64,000 bases of DNA from Schizosaccharomyces osmophilus (GCF_027921745.1 NC_079239.1:3286001-3350000), one strand, 5' to 3'; positions 14,405-25,132 are shown, numbered from the stretch's first letter. Notes: a model not told the origin generated them from the letters alone. Numbers and translations: made by a program.

Positions 14405-15211
14405 ATGTCGATGCAAATTGTCCGTGAAAATTCGTCAAACTCTACTATATTACAGCCATTTGCCAATCCGTTATGGGCTCCTACTCCTGTGCACAGCAGT
14501 AAAAATAGTAAGCGACGTACACTCAAAATGTGTATCGCTTTACCCGACAATGGTTACGATGTGACCCAAGTCTGCGATTCTTGGCAATATTTTTTGAAAC
14601 AAGGTTTCATGGTCCATTTCGCAACTTTGACAGGGTACGTCGCTCAAGCTGATCAAACACAGTTAGGCGGTTTGAAGTCTTGGTTTGTGGGTGCTACTGC
14701 AGAAACTTGCACACTTTATGGTAGAATGTCCACCACTTCAGAATATTTGAAACCTTTAAGCTTGTCTTCTGATTCTTTTACATTCAACGCTTATGATTTA
14801 GTTCTTATTCCAGGTGGCCAGGATGCTGCAGTTTTAGATTTTGTTCACTCTCCCCGCTTGTCCGCCTTGCTTGCCGATTATATTCCTTTATGCTCTCGTG
14901 CTAGCGGTAACCATGCTTTAGGAGCCATCGCCCAAGGCGCTATTGCCATCCACCGTGCTGTTCCAAATCTCCAAATTAAATCGACAACAACACCTCTTTA
15001 TATGGAAAGAACATCTTATTTGTTTGGTACTTCTAATCCACTTGCTTATGCCTCTACACTTATCCCAGAAGACAAATACGAAGTTGGTCCAACGGCTTCT
15101 CATTGGGTTTATTCCGATGAAAAGTACTTTTACGCTTCTGGTCGTCATTCAGGCGATGTTGAATTGCTTTGCAAAGCCCTTCGCAACCTTGTCGCTAGTG
15201 CGCTTCATTGA
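14405..15211 (+). CDS. ThiJ/DJ-1/PfpI-domain protein (SPAC14C4.04-like)
   Basis: IALPDNGYDVTQV, YDLVLIPGG and LGAIAQG (nucleophile-elbow position) fit a class I glutamine amidotransferase-like fold. Confidence 0.8.
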   Translation: MSMQIVRENSSNSTILQPFANPLWAPTPVHSSKNSKRRTLKMCIALPDNGYDVTQVCDSWQYFLKQGFMVHFATLTGYVAQADQTQLGGLKSWFVGATAETCTLYGRMSTTSEYLKPLSLSSDSFTFNAYDLVLIPGGQDAAVLDFVHSPRLSALLADYIPLCSRASGNHALGAIAQGAIAIHRAVPNLQIKSTTTPLYMERTSYLFGTSNPLAYASTLIPEDKYEVGPTASHWVYSDEKYFYASGRHSGDVELLCKALRNLVASALH

Positions 15212-15657
15212 TAGATACATCGTTTGCTTTTCTTGGTTGTTGTCTAATCACCTTTCTTTTGTTTTACTGTGTGCTATTTGTTGTTGAATATAATGCTTCT
15301 TTTTTTTATCTCTCAACTCTCACCTCCTTTGTCATTTTGATTGTTTTGCTTTCCCCTATTAATTTGGCCGATTCTCTCATTATGTTATATTTGATTGCGT
15401 ACATACATCACTAATTTTCTCTTTGGTTTTTCCTTTACTGCAAATATTTGATCTGCATAGAACTTTTTGCTTTGAACAGTCTTTACTAATTTAAGGTATA
15501 CGCAATTTTTGTGTTTGTTCATATAAAAGTTTTAACTAATAAATACTATTTTTTTTTTAAAATGCTAAACATATTTTCTTAGTAGCCTGGAAATACCAAC
15601 CAATATTTGAGCCATACTATATTAAAATGAAATACCTTTTGAACCAATAAAATACCT

Positions 15658-18621
15658 TTAAAAAGAGTTGTCCGGTAAAACACCAATCCATTCCCAAGCA
15701 CGCTTGTTTGTTGATTTCTCGTCAAAGACCCGAACACTAACCATCTGGTCGATCGCTTTTGTGCTTCGCCGCCAAACTCTTTTCTGAATAATGTTGCTTG
15801 TTTCTCTTAAACATTCGAAATCTTTACTCTTTTCCGGATGGGAAACGAAACATTCTGCACGCAAGTCATCCAACTGTAAACGTGGACTTTTAGAAACATC
15901 TTTAAGGGATTTCTTCTTTGCACTTTGTAAACGAGAAACACAATGCTTTACACAAACTTTTACAAGCTTTTCTGTGCTGTAAAAAGAGACAAATAATGAC
16001 CATATATACGGGATAGCAACACAAGTCAACGATACATATAAGACTGTCATTGAATATTTTTTCCACGATTTGACAAGCTTCTCTGTAATCGTTGCAAGCA
16101 AATCAAAACCCATTCCACTCAGGCTTGCAGTTAAGTGTGTAATCTTTGCGAACAATTCAATACCAATTCCACTCAGATTTGTAGTCAAGTGTGTAATCTT
16201 TGCTAGAATCTTAATGCCCATTCCAATCAGGTTTGTAGTCAAGTGTGTAATCTTTGCAAGCAATTCAAAGCCCATTCCACTCAAGCTTGTAATCAACTGG
16301 TTAAACATGCTTCTGATATTATCGTAGGTCAATTGAAGTGTCGCCCTTAAATCGAATATTGAGAACTTTTGATGCACAGAAGAAACAAACGAGATCATCG
16401 AATGAGAAATTGAGCTGCTTTTAGAATTCAAGGTAGTGACAACATTAGTGTTAATTATATCTCTGAAATAGCTTGTCAAGCCTTTAAAGCGAGAACACAT
16501 TGTTAAAATACTATCAGGGATTCTATTATCAAGTTAGTATTTACAATATGAAATTCAGATCATTCTTACCTGTTGTTTTTTCTCTTCAAGATATGGAGCC
16601 TTTCTAGAGCCTGCCTGAAGTAAACTTTAAATTCGTCCATCGTAACTTCTGAATCCATTTTGTCTTTAAATTTTTCATAAAACTTGTCAATGACTGAAGA
16701 ATGAAAATGACTATGAGATAATTCTTGTCGTGAAGGGAACTGAGGCTTCGATTCATTCTGCGTATACCAATCTTCAACCATGTCAACACATCCCTTGACC
16801 ATATTTTCTATGCGGTCTGTAACAGAACCGAGAATAGTACAGCTAGGAAAAGGCTTGAATCCAAAACGTGACAAAAACGGTATATGCGGCTTTGTCTCAC
16901 CACTACACGCAAAGTCTCTGTTGCTACCGCATTTTGCAGACGATGGACATGGCATACACTTGGCTTTTAGTCCTCGGACATTCAAATATGTATAGACTGA
17001 CTGCAAGGTCGATCGTACAGGTTCTGGCTTTATGGAAGATATATAACTAGGATACGGCTCTTCTATAAATTGTTAAAACTTTGTTTTTTTTTTAAATTTG
17101 GAAAAATTTGATAAACAACTTACCAGGAGTCTCACAAAATCCAACTCGTCTAACTTCCTGTTGCCAAAATGCAAGGGATAGGGCAACAAACAACACAGAC
17201 AAAAACAATCCGTATATTCGAAAATTTCCCATCTTGTTAGAATACTTTTGAGAATCCTTTTGCAAAGGTTCTTCTTCTCCAAAAAGCGAGTTTTCAGTAG
17301 ATGAAAGACTGACGTTGTTGAGAACCCGGTTTGTTGTGTCAGACCGTACGCCTTTTTGGGCAAATAAACTTTCGGCAAATTCTTCGTTAGGAGAATAAGT
17401 TTCTTCTGACCGATTTCTAACAGTAAAGAAGCTTAAAGGTGTATTTGCTGCACTTTTTCCAGGAAGCGATTGATCCTTGGCATAATAATTCTCTAGATGA
17501 CTAGCAAACAATGATGAGGAATTAGAGACTGGAGAGGGCGAAGATTTATCATTGCCTTTATTTACAACAGTTTTCACTGATTTTGGTGAAAATTCGGGTT
17601 CACTATCAGATTGAAACTGTAAGTATTCACGGGGTGGTGTTTGGGTGACGGATTGCGAATTTGTTTCACCCAAGGGAGTGCGACGAGAAGGAAAGAGGTT
17701 CACAAAATTTTGAAACTTTGACGGTGACTTTAATGGAGAAGCATAAATACTTGTGTTAGAAGAGCTCTGAATATCCGGCGATGACTTTTGATGTTTGGAC
17801 AAGAACATTGGCGACGTCTGAGTTTCGGCTCCATGACGCCTTGCAGGTCTCACAGCAAGAGTGGGACTTGCTAAAAACGTGGAATCTGGTAATTTAGGTG
17901 ATGAATTTTGTTCCAATCCCACATTGGCTGAGGGAGTTTGCGAAGAAGATGGCGATCTCGAATGAACGGGGATTTCAACAGTTGGAATGGAAGACCTTCC
18001 TAAAACTTTGTTTTCTTTTGTAATATTATCTTTTCGATTTTGTAAGTTCTCAAAGTGCAAATTATGCACTGGGTGAACTGGATGAACCTTGGGGGCTTCC
18101 GGAAAATGTGTCACTGCAGGCGTATCCATTAGCTCTTCCCAATTATAATGTTTCGGAGAGGTCTGATGAGTATCTGTATGAAGAATTGAGACAGGGGACC
18201 CTTGGTGTGTCTGTTCTTGTTTCAATATTTCCACTTCTTCTTCCTCGTCAAGAGACTCGCTCCGTTGATTGAACGGGAGAAATTTCCTGGCTGAATTGTC
18301 AATTCCTCTTGCAGAGCTTCTGGTAATGCGCATTGGGGTATTTGCTGTCGAGGGAGTACCAAATCCAGAGTCTATTGCGGTCATTTCCAAGAATTTCCGG
18401 CGCGGACTACGATTTGGAGGAGCATTTTCCTTTTGCAATTCATGAATTGAAAGAGATCCCTGCTTGGCCTTTCGTAACTTGTCGAACAACTCGACCAAGT
18501 GCACTTTCTTAGCGGTGGATGGAAAATATATCTGGTATTGGTTTAATATTTCACGCAAGTCTATTACACGAAGAGAGTACGCATCAAATAAGGGATCGAA
18601 ATATGATTCTTCTCCCTCCAT
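15658..18621 (-). CDS. man1: Inner nuclear membrane LEM/HEH-MSC protein Man1; exons 18621-17124, 17062-16570, 16522-15658
   Basis: N-terminal HEH (SLRVIDLREIL...FPSTAKKVHLVELF), Ser/Pro-rich linker, TM1 followed by VGFC, luminal C..CP..A.C, TM2 and an MSC ending WEWIG; three ORFs join through GTAAG/TAG introns. Confidence 0.9.
16084..16293 (-). repeat. 54-bp coding tandem repeat, about 4 copies (18 aa unit) in man1
   Basis: TGTAATC recurs at 16084, 16138, 16192 and 16246; units read like TxxLxGMGxxLLAKITHL. Confidence 0.9.
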
Positions 18622-18916
18622 AGCTTTCTTAAGAATGTTTCAATGGTTGATTAAGGTAGCTATAGATTCAGTTGGATGTAAACATAAACCTCAGAATCAA
18701 AACAAACTTGCATGGGGGTGGTGGGGGTCATAAAGTATATCACACTCAGACTAGACAATTTGTCTGTAGGATTGAATTTATTTCATTCTCTTAAAACTTG
18801 TTGTAATCGTGTAAGTCATGTTTGCAAAGCTTTCGAGTCCTTGAAGGAAACTCAATTTAGCATCCGTTGAACGACTTTAGTTCTCTGGAAAACAGGTTTC
18901 CAATTGAAACTTTAGT

Positions 18917-19246
18917 TCATACATTGATAGAAACTTCGAGTTTCATATCACCTTTCCTTGACATATCTTCCATGGGAATTGAGTCTACTTCAAACTCGAG
19001 AACAATGGGTGTAAAGTAGCGGAATACTAAAGACAAAGAACATAAACCAAGAATTGAGGAAGGAATAATTGTTAGGTATGCCAAAATTTCAGGATCGTCG
19101 TCGTCAATAAATGCTGCATACGGTACGAAATACAAGGAAAACCAAAACACGAGAGAAAGAAAGTTACCAAATAAGGAATGATTTAGAAGATCCCTCATAT
19201 CTGTTAAATAGAGCTTGACAAAGACGTCTATTATATTCCTCCTCAT
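18917..19246 (-). CDS. Hypothetical orphan small membrane protein (109 aa, two predicted TM segments)
   Basis: ATG-initiated ORF with hydrophobic segments SLFGNFLSLVFWFSLYFVPYAAFI and ILAYLTIIPSSILGLCSLSLVF separated by DDDDPE; no family recognised. Confidence 0.5.
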   Translation of the reverse strand: MRRNIIDVFVKLYLTDMRDLLNHSLFGNFLSLVFWFSLYFVPYAAFIDDDDPEILAYLTIIPSSILGLCSLSLVFRYFTPIVLEFEVDSIPMEDMSRKGDMKLEVSINV

Positions 19247-19468
19247 TGTGAAGAGGAATATCACTCGCTAGAGGAGCGGTTTCCTCAGAAGCTTCTTCAG
19301 AATTGACTCATTTAAAAGACCCTAAAGAAATGTTGGTGACTTATAATGGAAGTGCTAAGTCGAGTATCTCACTCCTCCTTTACTCTTCGGCTGAGGATGA
19401 ATATCAACATCTTCCAACTTCCAGCTTAATACAACCACGTTAATCAGTAAAGGAATATTGAAATTAGA

Positions 19469-19861
19469 ATGTTTCAGTCAAAAGTTATATGCAAATATCG
19501 GCAACCTGAAGATGACACATACGAGAAGATCAGTCAAGAAATAGCAATGAAGAATAAAGATTTCTGTATTAAATGTATTGTTTTTCTGCTATGCTTCACA
19601 CATCTTCTTTTGGCATCAACTTTGAAATATCATGGAAATGCGCATCTAGTCGTATACTTTGCTGTCCCTGTCGTACCTTTTGTTTTACATCCTATTTAAT
19701 TATTTCAAGGTGATAGTACACGATCTCCACAAAAAGAAAAGGAAAGACTAGAAAGAGAACAGCAATTATCAAGAGCGGGAGTCAGCGGCCCTTCAAACCT
19801 GCACTTTCAAGAAAGCCAGCCTTTACCCAAATACTCAGAAACGAACGAAAGACGAGATTGA
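19469..19861 (+). pseudogene. Disrupted small two-TM protein gene with a C-terminal PY motif (LPKY)
   Basis: The 76-aa ORF stops at TAA 19697-19699, but the same frame stays open for 53 more codons to TGA 19859-19861 (...QESQPLPKYSETNERRD). A shifted frame across the stop reads YILFNYFKVIVHDLHKKKRK. Confidence 0.4.
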
Positions 19862-20208
19862 AAAAGTACAAGAAAAGTTATTAAGTTTTAAAAAAAGCTC
19901 ATAGGGAATCATTTAATATATCATTCTATTCCACGATAGTCCATTCTACACAAGATATTTCACGATAATAAGTTAAAATACACAAGACTTTAACTAGGTT
20001 CAACCACCTGGCTACATCTCCTTCGATTGCTTATAGCTATTTATTTTTATACAGGGAGAGACTATGCTTGAGCGGCTTTCAGAAAACCAAAAGATTATTA
20101 CTAAAGAAGCTCAAAAATGATTGCATCTGCTATGGGAAAACTCGGCTTTTGGAACTGTTTTAGAGTAAACGATAATGACAAATTTCATTATGACAGCTAA
20201 GGCCCAAA

Positions 20209-20227
20209 TATATATATATATATATAT
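20209..20227. repeat. (TA)n microsatellite
   Basis: Uninterrupted TA run downstream of nab2. Confidence 0.8.
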
Positions 20228-20395
20228 CTAATATAAAGAGCTTTCATATTATACAAATTTCATAAACGTAGCCTTCTATCTAAGTGATTTACAGAATAAT
20301 TGCCAATATACTATCCAAGTATACATCGCACACTGGAAATTCAAATGCGAAGGAAAAAGAAAGACACTAGATAAATAACCACCACCTTCACATTT

Positions 20396-21298
20396 TTACG
20401 ATACATGCAAATGTTCGTCTGACTCTTCAACGGCGAAATTCCGTTCGCTCAAAGAAGTCGATGGCATTGATTGTGTAGCAGAAGGTGTCCATGTCATATT
20501 TTTGCTTTTTTGAGGATGAAGAAAGCGACAACTAGGATTCAAGCAGGGATTGTATCTGCAGACAACTGGGATTGTTCCTTTGAAGGGAAGGGTAGTGCCA
20601 AACGCTGGAGATGGATGACCTTCAACGCAATCCGAGTTTTTACAGTCTCTCCCGGCGGAACACATTTTGCTACTAAGAACCATTCCTTCACCAGGAGTTG
20701 CAGCAGGAGTAGGGTGAGCAAAAACACAATCGGAACGAGTACATTTATCGGCGTATTTACAGAGAGGTATTTCTTCATCATGTTTAAAAAAACGTTTCGC
20801 AGGCGGTACGGCGGGTTTTGTTGCACTAAAGGAAGGAGCCATTGGATTAAATCTCTGCTTTGAAACAGCGCTGCTTTTTAACTTTTGACCAACGCGTTCT
20901 GATTGAAGAGGTTTTTCTTCACGCAATTCGTTTCTTGTATCATTGCCCGTAACTGTGCTAGTCTCCGGCAAACTTTCTTGGGGAATCTCTATAGGTACAG
21001 AAGGGGGGTTTTCAAAATATTGTTGTCCACTTTCATTTGATGTCTCCATTTCTCGCGAAGAATCAAACACTCGTAACTCATCAAATAACCACTGAGAAAA
21101 ATTTGAGTCAAATTCGGGTCCGATCAAATCCACAAGTTCTTCAGTAACCTGTGATTGGTCTTTTCCGTTTCCAATCATTACGAAAATGAAGTCCGTTAAA
21201 GAAGCTGCTTCTTCTGCCCAGCCATATTCGGCCAGTTTTGTTTCCACAAGCTGATGAAGCTTTGCGTTACTTTCCTGATTTTCCAGTATCGCTGCCAT
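20396..21298 (-). CDS. nab2: Poly(A)-binding CCCH zinc-finger protein Nab2
   Basis: N-terminal PWI-like domain (LTDFIFVMIGNGK...FSQWLF) and three CCCH fingers (CKYADKCTRSDCVFAH, CSAGRDCKNSDCVEGH, CRYNPCLNPSCRFLH). Confidence 0.88.
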   Translation of the reverse strand: MAAILENQESNAKLHQLVETKLAEYGWAEEAASLTDFIFVMIGNGKDQSQVTEELVDLIGPEFDSNFSQWLFDELRVFDSSREMETSNESGQQYFENPPSVPIEIPQESLPETSTVTGNDTRNELREEKPLQSERVGQKLKSSAVSKQRFNPMAPSFSATKPAVPPAKRFFKHDEEIPLCKYADKCTRSDCVFAHPTPAATPGEGMVLSSKMCSAGRDCKNSDCVEGHPSPAFGTTLPFKGTIPVVCRYNPCLNPSCRFLHPQKSKNMTWTPSATQSMPSTSLSERNFAVEESDEHLHVS

Positions 21299-22353
21299 TT
21301 TGAATACTTTTCCTTTAAACCGAAAAAGGACTAAGATACAGTCAAGAACTTTTTTCCCCGATGAAAAAGTCTATACAGCAAGTTGGGATGAGACAAAGAA
21401 CGGAACAACAAACAACCAATTCTGCTTCTCTTATAGAATTCAGGTAAAGCACTAATTTCCACAAAAAGCACGTTTCAAGCCGACAGTGACCTGAATTTGA
21501 ATCCTGTTTTGATAATTCTTCTTAAAACACTACCCAAATCGATCCAAAAATGTTAAATTATGAATATAACGGATCAAAAAGAAAACACTTCCCGGTAAGT
21601 TCACTTTGGTTCTTGGTTTCATGTCTTTTGCATCGTACTTCTCTTTCTCCTTCCACTACCGTCATAAAACCGTTTTACGGAACTCAACGCAGTGAGCAAA
21701 TAGAGAGCCAATTCTTGAAAATATGAAGCTATTATAGACAGTTTTGTGAATTGCTCATATCTCTTTCTTTTTTTTTTCTTTTTAAATTATACATTGTCGA
21801 TTCCAACTTACCCGTACTCCTATGTCCAAAGAAGCCAGGTAACAACGAAATAAGTAACAACACTAGGATTACAAGTAGAGATTCGGAACCCGCTAGCAAC
21901 AAGCATTGCATACTGCATACTGGTTTATTTCATACAATTGCTAGAGACTGATGGGATTTTTTGCATAGAAACCGAGTTTTATGCTGATAATACATTCGTT
22001 TCACTTTTAAAAGGTTTCTGGACTGTTCAATCTCTTGTAAGCCTCATCGCGCACTAGAATAACAGGTCGGCGAAATCTATATTCACCGAAGGCTTTAGGG
22101 ATTGTCTGTACGAATAGTGAAATTTACTGGAAGCGATTTTTCCTTTTTGCATATATTTATTATTACATATTGGAAAAGTGAGATTGACGCTTTGTGTGTT
22201 TTTGGAATTTCTTTATTCATATAGAATTTGTCTCATATTATTTGGTTGAGTTTTTTGAACTTTTCTTTTATCACACGAGTTTTGTTATAACCATTTTTAT
22301 TGAGTTATTAAAAATTGAAGAAGGATCACATAAGAAGAGGAAAATAGAAAACT

Positions 22354-24273
22354 ATGAGTCGCCGAGATGATGAACATACCCCTTTACTGGTCTCCGATCC
22401 ATCTGTAAATAGAGCCTATCGTTCGCGGACTCCATCTCCGAAAAGAGAATATTGCTCTTCTTGTCCCTTGCTCTCTCGAAGCTCTACTGAAAACGAAAAC
22501 GGTGCATCTTCTACAGTAGGTAATACCACAACATCAGACAGCAAACATAATTTAGCATCTCAAAGTTCCTCTTCTCATCAGAGTTATAAGGCTACGGATA
22601 ACAATGAACCTGTATCGTTTAATGACCCAGAAGACCAAAGCCGAGCGTTTAGTGATGAAGGCTGTAGTAGAATAGATTGTTGCATGGATACCACTCCTAG
22701 ACTTAGAAGGCGGTTGATTTCACCTTTATTAGTATTGCCGTTAAATTTTATTAATGCGTTCGCATGGGCCATGATTGAAATTCCTCTTTTGTTTCTTCTT
22801 CGGCAAGGTCTCTGTGCCAAACATTATGGCCTTGATCCCTCTGGACTAACGCCAGGTGATCCAATGTGCCGTCTTCCTGAAATTACTGCAGGTGTTTCAA
22901 AATATCGTGCTGCGTTTGGCTCTGTGGCTGCGTTCCTTGGACTATTATCCACTGCCTATTATGGTACACTAGGCGATATTTATGGCAGAAGACTCGTCTT
23001 GATGATAGCTGTATTTTTTTTACTGATTGGTGATTTGTTTCTTCTCTATCAATCATATACATCAAGTCAATTTTCTTTCATTTTACTATCTGCGTGCTTG
23101 AAAGGTATAGGAGGGTATGTCTCTACAATACTTGCTGGACAAAATTCATTTGTGGCTGACTGCACTCAAAATGAGCATCGAGCTTGGTACTTGGCTTTAA
23201 ATTTTGCTACTTACCATGTTGGCACCGCGCTTGGGCCAACTATTAGTGGATACATTTTGCAATGTTCTTCCCAGATGTATTATGTATTTGTTATAACATC
23301 AATGTTATGGACATTTTATATCCTTTACGTTTGGCTTATATTACCGGAAAGTTTAAACCGAAGTGAAGACCGTGTTCAAGGCTCTCATCTGTCTTTGTCC
23401 TCAATTTTAAACACTTGCTTGGGGCCGTTGAAAGTACTATGGCCTCAAGTTGTATGTACGGAAGAAAGCTGTTCCATTCGCCAGTATGATGTGAACTGCG
23501 ATACTCATGCTGGAAGAAGGCACTGGGATGTTATGCTAGCTGCCGTACTGATTTTCCTAGCATTAATAGGAGCCGGAGCTATGGCTTTGCTACCAATCTA
23601 TGCAGACTTTCACTTTGGTTGGGGTCCAATGAAGGCAAGTTTCATCTTGTTTACAGATTCGTTTGCCAGTGCTTTTACACTAGTTGCTATCTTTCCGTTG
23701 GTTTCCAAAATAATAGAAAGAGTTTTAGAGACACTTCACTCGTCAAAGGGTTTATTTAATTATTTAAGCAGTCGTACAGATAATCCTTCTACGTTAGAAG
23801 GAATACGAAATGTGTTCTCTTACCTGACTCTTCCTGGGTATACAAATGAGAATGTACTTCGAGCCAACACTTTGAACGAAATATACACGGTCGTTAAGCG
23901 TGATGTTTGGAACACTAGATTTAGCTTTATTGTTGCGATCTGTTCCTCTGTACTACTTGCTAAGGCCAAAACAGATGCTTCATTGTTTGTGGCTGTAATT
24001 GTTCAAGCCGTTTCTAATATGCTAATTCCGTGCGTCCAGTCTATTGCTCTGAATGGAGTTTTATCTGAATACAACGGGCGAATATTAGCCGCGTTTGCCG
24101 TCTTTGAAGCTGCCGCTTTAATTATAAGAGGCCCTATGTACGCATATATATATGCTGCTTCGGTTGATACCTCATTCCCTAATCTAATTTTTTATGTGAG
24201 CGCCCTTTTATATGTTATTTGCTTGGTGGTAACTTATTTTATGAGACTGTATAAACCGTTGAATCGGAAGTAA
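22354..24273 (+). CDS. MFS-type transmembrane transporter (SPAC14C4.07-like)
   Basis: Many TM segments, MFS motif A (GTLGDIYGRR), LPES after TM6 and an N-terminal acidic dileucine EHTPLL that suggests vacuolar sorting. Confidence 0.85.
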   Translation: MSRRDDEHTPLLVSDPSVNRAYRSRTPSPKREYCSSCPLLSRSSTENENGASSTVGNTTTSDSKHNLASQSSSSHQSYKATDNNEPVSFNDPEDQSRAFSDEGCSRIDCCMDTTPRLRRRLISPLLVLPLNFINAFAWAMIEIPLLFLLRQGLCAKHYGLDPSGLTPGDPMCRLPEITAGVSKYRAAFGSVAAFLGLLSTAYYGTLGDIYGRRLVLMIAVFFLLIGDLFLLYQSYTSSQFSFILLSACLKGIGGYVSTILAGQNSFVADCTQNEHRAWYLALNFATYHVGTALGPTISGYILQCSSQMYYVFVITSMLWTFYILYVWLILPESLNRSEDRVQGSHLSLSSILNTCLGPLKVLWPQVVCTEESCSIRQYDVNCDTHAGRRHWDVMLAAVLIFLALIGAGAMALLPIYADFHFGWGPMKASFILFTDSFASAFTLVAIFPLVSKIIERVLETLHSSKGLFNYLSSRTDNPSTLEGIRNVFSYLTLPGYTNENVLRANTLNEIYTVVKRDVWNTRFSFIVAICSSVLLAKAKTDASLFVAVIVQAVSNMLIPCVQSIALNGVLSEYNGRILAAFAVFEAAALIIRGPMYAYIYAASVDTSFPNLIFYVSALLYVICLVVTYFMRLYKPLNRK

Positions 24274-24364
24274 TCACTTAACTTATTTCGCAACATTGGT
24301 CGTAAGTACTGTGGCTTATACGTTACGATTATAATTTACCTCTTACTTTTCTATTTGTTCTCTT

Positions 24365-24427
24365 TTTCTTTGTTCTTTTTAGTTTAACGTCGCGTGGTGC
24401 TTTACTTTTGCGAACGCGTCTACGCGT
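24365..24427 (+). promoter_or_regulatory. TR-box (TTTCTTTGTT, 24365-24374) and MCB cluster (TCGCGT 24390; ACGCGT 24414 and 24422) upstream of mug5
   Basis: Three CGCG-core boxes within 40 bp of AT-rich DNA, 80-145 bp upstream of the ATG. Confidence 0.6.
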
Positions 24428-24507
24428 CAACTCCCTCTTCTATCTTTGCAGCTTCTGGACTTTGACTTATACCAAACACTCCCATCAAAATAGAGTCAAG
24501 ATAAGAA

Positions 24508-25032
24508 ATGCTAGCTAAGACTTTATTAGAGAATCTTGAGAAACGTTTAAAACATCTGGAATTATTAATGAGCTTTTTTGATCCCAATCGAATGAAGTAC
24601 CTACGTGAAATGGAAACTCGACTGTTAGAATCAAATGCATATTATGAGCTTTATAATGAGTATAAGAACATCATTCAATCAACTATTACTTGTTCAGAGA
24701 AAAGAACTCTTATTTTTGAACCTGAACTATCAAACATGGAAGCACTCTTAAATTTCTGCAATGACACCAAGAAAATTGCCAGTTATGACCAAAGAAGGTT
24801 TGCTAAAGATTTCTTGCTTTTTTTAAACGAACACAGAGTCGCCTTAAAACAGTTTACACACCTTCAGCAGCTTTTAAACGAACATCACGAATTACTTAAA
24901 CGAACAGTTCGTTTAATACTTTTTCACTATATTGAACCAATGTTACTTCAAAATCACGTACTAGTAGATCTTCGTTTGCGACTGCGAATATTAGAGAGGA
25001 AAGTTGCTAACGAGACTCCACACTACCCATAA
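24508..25032 (+). CDS. mug5: Meiotic dynactin subunit Mug5 (p24/DCTN3-like coiled-coil protein)
   Basis: 174-aa helical protein with LENLEKRLKHLE at the N-terminus and LRLRLRILERK at the C-terminus; syntenic position between the transporter and agn1. Confidence 0.65.
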   Translation: MLAKTLLENLEKRLKHLELLMSFFDPNRMKYLREMETRLLESNAYYELYNEYKNIIQSTITCSEKRTLIFEPELSNMEALLNFCNDTKKIASYDQRRFAKDFLLFLNEHRVALKQFTHLQQLLNEHHELLKRTVRLILFHYIEPMLLQNHVLVDLRLRLRILERKVANETPHYP

Positions 25033-25132
25033 GATGAAGAAGGAAAGTTACTGAAAAATTGGCGAAGGTTTAATCCCATCATACAAACATTTGATTATTT
25101 CAAAGTTTTTAGGTTTACAAAAACAATATGTT

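Noticed and set aside
16084..16293. CRISPR-like or mobile-element repeat
   Set aside because: Eukaryotic in-frame coding tandem repeat with no unique spacers or terminal repeats.
19330..19443. Short plus-strand ORF (MLVTYNG...LIQPR*) as an upstream exon of the 19469 ORF
   Set aside because: No consensus intron joins it in frame, and a PPY motif appears only if an extra frameshift is assumed.
18900..20200. Calling the orphan region a wtf/wag or 5S rDNA locus
   Set aside because: I found no 5S rDNA, no LTR and no supportable multi-exon wtf structure; only the analogy is kept in the findings.
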